From assembly GCF_001194135.2 (NCBI RefSeq), contig NC_068986.1:21556457-21620456 (forward strand): DNA of 64,000 bases, in the 5' to 3' direction. Below are positions 29,787-41,700 of this stretch, one piece after another. The notes below the pieces were generated by a model that was given only the letters and a program-made list of their open reading frames with translations, had not been told where the DNA came from and searched no databases. The first letter of the stretch is position 1, and every line of letters begins with the position of its first letter. A program made the translations under genes and the position numbers. This DNA is from Octopus bimaculoides (taxonomy: Eukaryota).

Positions 29787-32700
29787 GGTGTTGCTCCAGC
29801 TTGGCTGCAGTCAAATGACTGAAACAAATAAAACAATATATATTCTTTTTATTTTCAGATCCTCCGGAAACCTGGGTAGAAGATTGCATTAAACTCTGCT
29901 TGTATTTATATCTTGGTCTGTTACCCAGTAATCACAAACTAATTCATGAGTAAGTGTTTGATATTCATTACACAAGATTTCTTCAAGAAGTTTGTTGCTG
30001 ATTACATGTAATGTTTGTCAAGTGAAGTAAAGATAACTGAAGAAATGATTTTCTTGTTTTTGTCTAGGCTAGCCACTGTATATACAGCGACTTCAGCAGA
30101 TATCAAAAGAACTATCCTCAGGGTTTTGGAAAATCCAGTATGTTCCTCTTACCTTTTTTTATTTTTTTACCTTTTTTTACCTTTTTTTTTTTATTTTTGT
30201 TGTTTTTCAACTATTATTCAAAACACTTTCTATAAACCACAAGCTTATGTATGAAATTTTTTTCATCACGGTGAGTTTTTTTAACTAATTGCCTGTAACA
30301 GTTCAAACTTCAAGACTTCTCACTTCATCCTGATGCCTCCACTCTACATGATACACCACATCCATTTTCTTGTAACCTTTTTTTGTTTTGCCATCCGTAC
30401 TAAATGAATACTCTCCAATAGATTCAGTGACATAGAAGCAGGACTAAATAGGGCACTAGTAACTCTTATAACCTACTTTGCAGTGATGTAAATATTACTA
30501 CTGCTGCTACTACTACTACTATTACTACTATTAATAATAATAATAATAATAATAATAGGTATAATAATAAAATATTCAGACAAATACATAACAAAAACAC
30601 CAGGACTTACAAATATATATAACATACAGAAAATTGCACTACTGGGTACTGCACACATTCTACGCAAAACACTTTCAATACAGTAAACATAAGAGCACCA
30701 CAGCAAACCACAGCACATACCCAAGGCGCACAGAGCTGCGCTCGGTAGTGAAGTGAAAGCACGTTATAAAAATAAAACTACTGAACAATAATAATAATAA
30801 TAATCCTTTCTACTATAGGCACAAAGCCTGAAATTTTCGAAGAGGGGACTAGTCGATTACATCGACCCCAGTGTGTAACTGGTACTTATTTCATCAGCCA
30901 GAAAAAGGATGAAAGGCAAAGTCAACCTTGGTGGAATTTGAACTCAGAATGTAAAGACAGATGAAATGCTGCTAAGAATTTTGCCTGGCACGCTAACGAT
31001 TCTGCTAGCTTGCCTTAATAATAATAATAATAATGAGCACTCAAAGAGCACAAACCTCCACCAAGGCAACACCAATGTCCTCTCAACGATTAGCCAGAAA
31101 TGATTTTTAAAATGAGAATATCTGAAATTTTCAGAAAGGGGACTAGTTGATTACTTTGACCTTAATACTTAAAGGTACTTATTTTTTCAACCCTGAAAAG
31201 GTTGAAAGGCAAAGTCAACCTTGGTGAAATTTGAACTCAGAACATAAAGACCGACGAAATGCTGCTAAGCATTTTGCACGAAATGTTAATGGTTCTGCCA
31301 GCTTGTGGCCCTAATGATGATGATAATAATAATAATTATTATTTTAATGGTTCTGATTTATGCACAAGGTTAGCAGTTTTGAGAGGTGGAGTTAGCTGAT
31401 ATCATTGACCCAGTCTTTGACTGGTACTTCATATTATTGACCCCAGAGAGATGAATGGCAAAGTTGACCTCAGCAGTGTTTGAACTCAGAATGCAAGGAG
31501 CTGGGAACAAAAACTACATAGTTTATTTTCCAATCTTGTAACAGTTCTGCCAATCCACTATCCTTTAAATAATTTCTTACATAGGTGCAAGGCCAGAATT
31601 GGGCAGGAAGGGAGTTGGTCAGTTAACTGGTTCTTCGCTGGTACATTATTTTATTAACCCTGGAGAAATGAAAGACAAAATTGACCTCAGTGGGATTTGA
31701 GCTCAGAATGTAATGAGCCAAACTGATGCCTGACAATTCTGCTACTCCACCAATGTAGTCGTAGTAGTAGTAATCTTTGATAAAATTGAAACTTTGTAAA
31801 ATATTGTTGTCTATGTTTGTATGTATCATCATCATCATCATCGTTTAACGTCCGCTTTCCATGCTAGCATGGGTTGGACGATTTGACTGAGGACTGGTGC
31901 AACCGGATGGCAACACCAGGTTCCAATCTAATTTGGCAGAGTTTCTACAGCTGGATGCCCTTCCTAACGCCAACCACTCAGAGAGTGTAGTGGGTGCTTT
32001 TACGTGTCACCCGCACGAAAACGGCCACGCTCGAAATGGTGTCTTTTATGTGCCACCCGCACAAGAGCCAGTCCGGGGCACTGGCAACGATCTCGCTCGA
32101 AAACCCTACNNNNNNNNNNNNNNNNNNNNNNNNNNNNNNNNNNNNNNNNNNNNNNNNNNNNNNNNNNNNNNNNNNNNNNNNNNNNNNNNNNNNNNNNNNN
32201 NNNNNNNNNNNNNNNNNNNNNNNNNNNNNNNNNNNNNNNNNNNNNNNNNNNNNNNNNNNNNNNNNNNNNNNNNNNNNNNNNNNNNNNNNNNNNNNNNNNN
32301 NNNNNNNNNNNNNNNNNNNNNNNNNNNNNNNNNNNNNNNNNNNNNNNNNNNNNNNNNNNNNNNNNNNNNNNNNNNNNNNNNNNNNNNNNNNNNNNNNNNN
32401 NNNNNNNNNNNNNNNNNNNNNNNNNNNNNNNNNNNNNNNNNNNNNNNNNNNNNNNNNNNNNNNNNNNNNNNNNNNNNNNNNNNNNNNNNNNNNNNNNNNN
32501 NNNNNNNNNNNNNNNNNNNNNNNNNNNNNNNNNNNNNNNNNNNNNNNNNNNNNNNNNNNNNNNNNNNNNNNNNNNNNNNNNNNNNNNNNNNNNNNNNNNN
32601 NNNNNNNNNNNNNNNNNNNNNNNNNNNNNNNNNNNNNNNNNNNNNNNNNNNNNNNNNNNNNNNNNNNNNNNNNNNNNNNNNNNNNNNNNNNNNNNNNNNN

Positions 32701-35700
32701 NNNNNNNNNNNNNNNNNNNNNNATATATATATACACACACACACAGACACACATACATATATGTGTGTGTGTGTTATGATATGTTAATTGAAATTATCAT
32801 TTTTTTACTTTTAGGTTCGTGGAATGGGCATGGACTCTCCTGAACTGTTGCTTTTAGTTGAAAATTGTCCAAAAGGAGCAGAGACCCTTGTTACAAGAGT
32901 AATCCATATCCTCACTGATAAAAGTAAGAATTTGATAAATATTTTAAAGTTGAATTTGTATTATTTCTGTTTGCTTCTTGGCTTTATGTTATGGATTCTT
33001 GTTTCAGTGTTAGATTTAACATTTCCTAAATTGTTCTTTGTTCACTATTCACAGAACTCTAATAAATTCTCACTAGACAACAAATTTGACCACCACAACT
33101 AATTTTTTCATCTAACAAGATCTTTTGACTGCTTTCAATATATCATCATCATCATCATCATCATCGTTTAACGTCCGCTTTCCATGCTAGCATGGGTTGG
33201 ACGATTTGACTGAGGACTGGTGCAACCGGATGGCAACACCAGGCTCCAATCTAATTTGGCAGAGTTTCTACAGCTGGATGCCCTTTCTAACGCCAACCAC
33301 TCAGAGAGTGTAGTGGGTGCTTTTACGTGTCACCCGCACGAAAACGGCCACGCTCGAAATGGTGTCTTTTATGTGCCACCCGCACAAGAGCCAGTCCAGG
33401 GGCACTGGCAATGATCTCACTTGGCTTGCTGGGTCTTCTCACGCACAGCACATTTCCAAAGGTCTCGGTCAGTAGTCATCGCCTCGGTGAGGCCCAATGT
33501 TCGAAGGTCTTGCCTCACCACCTCAGCCCAGGTATTCCTGGGCCTACCTCTTCCACGGGTTCCCTCAACTGTTAGGGAGTGGCACTTTTTCACGCAGCTA
33601 TCCTCATTCATTCTCACCACATGTCCAAACCAGCGCAATCGTCTCTCTTGCACACCACTACTGACGCTTCTTATGTTCAGCTTTTCTCTCAAGATACTTA
33701 CACTCTGACGGGTACAAAAATAATTTCCTTGATTTTGTTGTCTTTTAGGTGTTCCTTCTCCTGAGCTGGTTGAACGAGTCCGAGATCTTTATCATAAAAG
33801 AGTTCCAGATGTTCGTTTCTTAATACCTGTGCTCACTGGATTACGAAAGGTAAATTTATTTCCACTAATTAGCTTTATTCTTGTTACAAGATGACATGAG
33901 ATTTGGTCCCATAATTATGATTATGTCATTGGGACACCACTAAAGACTTCTTTGCATAATGTGTTCTGGACAAGACAACCCTCTTCTTGAATGGTTTAAC
34001 TAGGGCAGGATTTGTAAATGAAACAACTCCACCATAAGTAAAAACTAGCTTTTGAATTTTGTTGTCTAAAAGCATCCACACTTTCAGATGATCATATCAA
34101 TAAAATTGCAAGTATAATGTACCTAGGTATATTATTAAGTGCTGTCTTTTTGGGAGAATTAGAATTTTATAGATATAAAATGAGGCCATGGAACCATGGG
34201 TGATAAAATTTGTTTCCAGCATTAATATTTAAATATAGACATTAGAATGGCAAATAAAAGGAAATGAATGCTTATTGCATTGTTATAAAATTCTATAAAT
34301 GAATTTACTAAACAAGAGTTGTGAATTTATTTATACTAGTTTATATTTCATCTCACTTTTCCCTTTCATAGGACAGTTTTAAAAATCTTTGTTATAAACA
34401 AGAAGTAGGATTGGAAATTCTATTTCACATAATTATGAATAGAAAAGAATATAATCAAATAAACAGATTTCATTCTGATTTTTATGAAAACAAAAAATAT
34501 TTATATTTGGATAAATGGCGCTAGACTATGGAATACATGGTCATTAGTTCAAGCCTCTCTACTAATCGTTATATTGTGTTCATAAACATAGTATATAATT
34601 CCCTTGCTTCATCCAGTAAACCCGAATAACGAAAACAACTCCCACTCCTACATAACAGTTGTTGTTAGTAGAAGAAAGAGCGTCTAACTGTAAATTTAAA
34701 GAAAATCACCTTGTTTATATAAGCATAGGAAAGGATGTAAAACTGGTGGGAAGGCCATTATTTGGCTGCAGATGAGGAATGACGAGGGGCATTACCAAAA
34801 ATGTCATAATCAAAAACAAATTAACATTTTAACAGACCTTATAGCTTTATTTCTGCTAACTATCCTTCAATCAAATAAAGATCTCTTTATAAATGGTCTG
34901 ACCTTTTAACTGTTTGACCAAAAGATAAACATTCTGGATGAATTTCAAATGACAAGTAGAGGGAGTTTTTTTTTTTTTGTATGTATCGTGCAAGGGTTCT
35001 AACTGCATGCCTTTGTCATTTTGTTTTTCTACAGTAACTGCTGTGAAGTACTACACTGCTTTTCTCTTAATTAGTTTACATGTGAAATATTGATCAGTTA
35101 ACTGGCAGTACACGGCATTGATTTAATGTCTTTTAGTATTGATGTGAAAAATTCCTTCATTGTTCTACAAAATATTAATCCATACATACCATATTGGTTT
35201 TCTGGGTTTGTTAAATATTGACCATTGTGTCTGCAACCATACTTTATTCAAATTAATATTTGATTAAGCTTGATCAATTTACTTTCATATGTCTGGAATA
35301 CAAATCACAATGGCTCTATGTTCCATTCAAAGACAGATTTTTGTTAACATTCTCAACGTTTATAAAATCAATTTTCTAAGTATTAAATTATTACTGTATC
35401 TTCCAGAAAGAGGTTTTGGCTGCTTTACCCAAACTGATTAGATTAAATCCAATTGTTGTAAAGGAAGTTTTTAACAGATTACTTGGCCATGGTAAGTTAT
35501 TGATCTTTTAATTGTTATTCTTAACTGGAAACCAATTTATAGTTAATTTTTTTCTGATGATGTTAAAAATGATGATGATTACTCCATTCTAACAGTGTAA
35601 TATTTTACTATCAACCCTTTTGATACCAAACTGCCTGTGTTTTAAAGTGACCTCATGTAAAACCTCTTCTCAAAATTTCATGTTAATTTATGTTTCAGAC

Positions 35701-38700
35701 ACCTACTGAATAATAAAAAAGTTATTTTACTAAATTCTTCATTATTTTCAAACCTAACCGAAACAAAGGTAGTGAATTTCAACAGAAATATGGTAACAAA
35801 AGGGTTGAAGAAATGAATACTGTGTTATCATTGAGTATCTTCATCACCGTATTGATAATCCTGCAAACAAGTACTAGGACTTATTACCAGGGTTTGCAAC
35901 ATTTCAGCAAAATTCACCAATTCATTATTCCATGCTCCGATATGAAAAGGCTTAACCCTTTCATTACTGTTTTTATTTTGAGATGCTCTATGTTTCTTTC
36001 AATTACTTTAAATATAACACAGAATTTAGTAAAACAACTTAGTTATCATTCAGCTAGTGCTAGGAACATAAATTGTGACTAAGGTTTGGTGGAAGATTTT
36101 AATTCAAAACTTATGAAAACAAGACATTTATACTCAGAGCCAGAGCAGGTTTCAGCCGGGTTGGTAACGAAAGGGTTAAATGAACCATCGACACACCTCT
36201 TCTTCCTAGACTAAGAAGCAGTTTAAATTCTGATCACTCTATTTCTAATTATTGAATCATTTTAAGGGTATGTTAAAATGGTAACGGTATGTATCTCCAA
36301 TCATATATGTTTATATTTTATTGTAGCCAATGCTGATGCTTCTTACACCTCACCGTTGACTCCAGCTGAGCTTTTGATAGCTTTACATAACATTGATCCT
36401 ACAAAATGCGATATGAAGACCATCATCAAAGGTATGCATTAAATTGATTTACTGCTTTTCATTTTGTTTTTAGTATTTAAGGTTTAGTAAGGCAGGAAGC
36501 TGGTAGAACCATTAGCACACCAGACTAAATGCTTAGGGGCATTTTGTCTGTCATAATGTTCTGAGGTTGACTTTGCCTTTCATCTTTTCAGGGTCGATAA
36601 AATATATACCAGTTGAGTACTGGGGGTCAATGTAATCAACTTACCCGTCCCTCAAAATTGCTGGCCTTGTGCCAAAATTTGAAACCAATATTTAGATTTT
36701 TAAATTTGCTAAAAAAGTGAATATTAGATTTTTAAATTTGCTAAATTGATCTTAAATACAGAATAAAATTAAGACTAAAAGAATTCATCTAATTTTTCAG
36801 TTTTTTTAAAAATTCGATTTCTTTCTTTACTGTCTGCTGCTAGTATCTCAATTCTCTCTTGAGCCAGTGTTACATAAAAAGCACTATTTGAGTGTGGCTG
36901 ATGCCAGTGCTGCCTGACTGGCCCCCGTGCCAGTGGCATGTGACAAGCACCAATTGAACAGGCTTGATATCAGTGCTGCCTGACTGGCTCCTGTGCTGGT
37001 GGCATGTAAAAAGCACCATTCAAGCATGGTCAATGCCAGTGCCGCCTGACTGGCTCCTATGCCATCATCATCATCATCGTTTAACGTCCGCTTTCCATGC
37101 TAGCATGGGTTGGACGATTTGACTGAGGACTGGTGAAACCGGATGGCAACACCAGCCTCCAATCTGATTTGGCACAGTTTCTACAGCTGGATGCCCTTCC
37201 TAACGCCAACCACTCAGAGAGTGTAGTGGGTGCTTTTACGTGTCACCCGCACGAAAGATGCCAGTGGTATGGAAAAAGCACCATTCAAGTATGGTCGATG
37301 CCAGTATCGCCTGACATGCTGGTAGCATGTAAAAAGCACCCACTAACTCTTGGAGTGGTTTTAGGAAGGGCATCCTGCTGTAGAAACCTTGCCAGATCAG
37401 ATTGGAGCCTGGTGCAACCTCCTGGTTTGCCAGTCCTCTGTCAAACAGCCCAGCCCATGCCAGCATGGATAGTGGACGTTAAACAATGATGATTATTTGT
37501 TACAATTCATATCAAATAACTGATCAACAGTGTTGTCATCTTTTACAAATAGACTGGAGAATATTTCTTCCAAAATGACAATCTTTTATGTTGTTGTTTT
37601 AATCGTTTATATTTTGTTTCTTGTAGCTACCAATTTATGTTTTAGTGAGAAAAATGTTTACACCCAGGAGGTTTTGGCTGTAGTAATGCAGCAGTTGATG
37701 GAATTGAACCCTCTTCCCACTCTTCTGATGAGAACAGTTCTGCAGTCTTTATCCATGTATCCACGTCTCATTGGATTTGTGATGAACATTTTACAAAGAC
37801 TTATCACCAAACAGGTACCACTACACCGTTGATTATCATAACGTCTTGTCTTTTTCTATCTTGATACATTGTTTTTCATTCTGCACAAACTAGTGTTGTG
37901 TGGTTTACCTTTTAACTGTCTTTGTTTTTCAACTTAAGTTACACATTTATATCATAATGCATCATCATCATCATCATCATGCCCACTTTTCCATGCTTGC
38001 ATGGGTCACATGGTATTCATTGAAGCAGTTTTTCTATGGCTGGATACTCTTCCTGTCACCAACTCTCATCTGTTTTCAGGCAAAATTATATTTCAGCATG
38101 ACTGGACATCTTTTCATTGAAAATTGGCAACAAATGAAACTGCTTTTAGAATGATGACACTCTCTTATAACTGCCATGTGATGTCAAGACAAAGAAATAC
38201 AAACACACATACACCCACATATATGATGGGCTTCTTTCAGCTTCTGTTTACCAAATCTACTTTAAAGACTTTGGTTGGCCCTGGACTATCATAGAAGGCA
38301 CTCGCCCAAGCTGCCATGCACTGGAATTGAACCCCAAACTAAGAAGAAAACATCTTAACCACACAACCATGTCTGTACCTACTGTTAGGAAGTATTTTAG
38401 TTAAAAAAAATTTACTCAGTGACTTGAATGCATTTATTTGTTTTATTTACAGGTGTGGAAGCAAAAAAGAGTTTGGGAAGGTTTTATTCGATGTTGTCAA
38501 AGAACTAAGACACAATCATTTCAAGTACTTCTGCAACTTCCAGCACCACAACTTCGTAATGTCTTTGAAATTAGCCCAGACTTGCGTGAACCACTTTTCC
38601 ACCATGTTCAGTCTTTTACTCCACATCAGGTAAGATTACAAACCAAAACATTAAATTCTTTTGACACAACTTAAAAATGACACCAAATGCATTGCTTCTT

Positions 38701-41700
38701 ATCTTTTGTTGTCATTAATTATAGTGATATGAAATAATCACTCACAACCACTCACACACACACACACNNNNNNNNNNNNNNNNNNNNNNNNNNNNNNNNN
38801 NNNNNNNNNNNNNNNNNNNNNNNNNNNNNNNNNNNNNNNNNNNNNNNNNNNNNNNNNNNNNNNNNNNNNNNNNNNNNNNNNNNNNNNNNNNNNNNNNNNN
38901 NNNNNNNNNNNNNNNNNNNNNNNNNNNNNNNNNNNNNNNNNNNNNNNNNNNNNNNNNNNNNNNNNNNNNNNNNNNNNNNNNNNNNNNNNNNNNNNNNNNN
39001 NNNNNNNNNNNNNNNNNNNNNNNNNNNNNNNNNNNNNNNNNNNNNNNNNNNNNNNNNNTTTTTATAGTTTTATAAACTATACATATAGCACTAAATATAA
39101 AATAAAACAAAAAGAATTTAAAAAAAAAAAGGATATCGATTCATACCTGTCCAAATACAAAGAAAATTGAATATCTGAAGAAAGAACAGAAAAAAAAATA
39201 ATTTCACAAAAGGTCGATGTGGTCCAGTTGGACCCCAATGACCATTATTTTATGCTATAACATCCATATGACTGGAAATTTTTAACTCAAAATTTGTATG
39301 TGCATACGTAAACTGTTGACAATAAAAGTCATGAGATATAAAATCATTTAAATAAAAAATGTAAAAATTGCATAACTTTTAAAATTTGCTGGGGTCCCAA
39401 GAGACCCTGCTGATCTATGAAGGGTTAAAATCTTAAAATTTATTTAAGAACTTTTGTTTAGTTGATGAAATGCTGTATTGGTGTTTAAGTTTGAGGCTGT
39501 AGTCAGCTGCCATTTAAGCAACCCCAACTCTTTAACTGGTATTTAGTTTGTTTTTCTTCTGTGGTAGATAAAGTTGAATTTGACAGTGTGTGAGTCCAGA
39601 ACTAAATTCTGCAATGCATTTAGCCTGATATTGTTTCTGCTGTTAGACCACCTATTAACTAATGCTAATGTATTATGCTTCAGGTTAATTGTGGCATCAT
39701 AAGTTTATTAATTAATTAATTTTCTTAAAAAATGTTTTTATTGCAGAGGGCTCATATACCTAAAGTGATTATGAATGTGTTGGAGAAAGACCCACTTGAA
39801 CAGGTGAAGGCTGCTGAAAAGCTAGAGAAAGAGAAAAGAGAAAATTCTGTTGTGGTATGTATTGGTTCAAACCAAAGCTGAGGTTTTATTGTCACTGTTC
39901 CAGCAACTTTGATGAAGTCTGCTTTGTTGAAGATCTATGATAATACTGAGCCATATCTAGAGTTGTGTCATTTACTTGCTGAAATCAATTAAAATAACAA
40001 GTCATTAATCTAATATCTTATTATCACAAAAGTATTTCTAATTGGATTGACACTCATTACATTAAATATATTAACACTAACTAAAGAAAAAAGTGTTTAT
40101 AAGATTAGCTTTTTTAAAGTTTACCTTCCAAAAGTAATGTATTTTTTGTTTGAACAAGTATTTTTTTGGATAGATTTTTGTGCATTTTGTTTTTATAGTT
40201 TAATAAAAAAAACCATATCTTTTCATATGTAAGTTCTCTTGGCAATATACCTTCTGTATCTAAAGAACATATTTCTTGAGACTGTTTCTCATTGATGAAT
40301 TATAAAGATACAACCTAGAAAACTTTACCCTAACCTACATTTTTGACAATTGAAGCCCCGCTTCCTTTTAAAGTGTTCAGATTTCAGAAAGATATAGAAA
40401 AGTGAGATTGTAATTATTTTAATGCAGTTCCTATATAATCTGATAATAGATAGGCAAAAGGGATTGTGCTTTGGTTAAGGAAAATGTGTGTATGTATTAT
40501 ATAGGGCCTCTGTCAGTCAAGTCTGACCATGCATCTATAAATGTATGTGTAAACCTGAACAAGATAATTTTGAGGAATACTGGCAGTTGCTCAGGTACAA
40601 CAGTACCTTCTCTCCATAATATGGATGTTTCTCTAAGAGAAAGGCCAGCAACTTGGGTTGATACAACTTCGCACCAATGTTGTTGCAATAGAGACAGGAC
40701 AAGTATCCCAAAGCAACTTGCTCTGCCAATCCACTACCATGGATTGATATTATTTCTATCTAAAGGTGACCTCTGTGGGATTTGAACTCTGAGAACAGAG
40801 GATCAGAACAAATACTACGAGGTATTCTAACCAGTGCTCTAATGACTTTCACTGGTTAAAGAAATTATAATTGATATAAATCTATTCTTTTCACAAACTT
40901 ACTCTGCATAAATGTATATTCAGACACTTTAACATATATTTCTACAACAGATGATGTCTTATTTGTAATTTGATTAATATTCCACATAAGTAATAGAATG
41001 ACTAGTTTACTACAATAATAATCTTCTGCTTGGTCAATGCATTTAACCCTTTAGCATTCAGATTATTCTGTTAAACGTGACGCTTATTTATTCACATTGT
41101 TTTGAATTGATCCTCCATTATCTTATAGCTCGAAGATTTTGATGTGACTTTTTACTTCGAAGATGATATTGTAGAGTAAGGTGTAAGAGGTTAGATCTGG
41201 CCAGTGTTCACATAAAACAGGTTGAATACTTGGACCAGATATAGCCAGCTTAATTGCTAAAAAGCTAAACACTATTTAGCATTCTCTACTCAATTAAAAT
41301 TAGATAAAGGATCAAATATAAATTTCTAGAAGGTCTCATTGTTATGGAAGTTGAAGACATTGTTTGTCCATCTAAAATCTTATCAATTTTTTGGTGATTT
41401 TTATTCCTTTTTTCAATTTTCTGATAAATTCTAGATAAAAGTGCCAACAGTTGAAGGTACAGACACTGCCACACCAAATCAACCAACTGAGTCCACAGCT
41501 CCTGAAAGTCAACCTAAAGCCACCGAAGAGAAACCTAATGATGAGGAATCACAGAATCTACCTTTGCCATTAGCTGTAGTTTCTGTTCCTCTGCTTACTC
41601 AGCCCAGTAGTGTTCCATCACAACAGTTTCCAAAGACCCAAACAACTTCGGAAGTTCCTCAAGAAATTGAAACACTTTCAACTCCTGCTGTGGTTCATGA

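Noticed and set aside
31897-32843. Long ORFs of 200-300 aa around 32 kb, 51.5 kb and 61.5 kb
   Set aside because: Their length comes from N runs; the flanks are RTE 3' UTR or microsatellite.
36866-37062. Regularly spaced repeats resembling a CRISPR array
   Set aside because: Whole 66-bp units repeat with no unique spacers, they belong to a LINE 3' UTR, and the context is eukaryotic with no cas genes.
39801-39809. Alternative in-frame donor CAG/gtgaag in exon 31
   Set aside because: Plausible but cannot be told apart from a chance site without transcript data.
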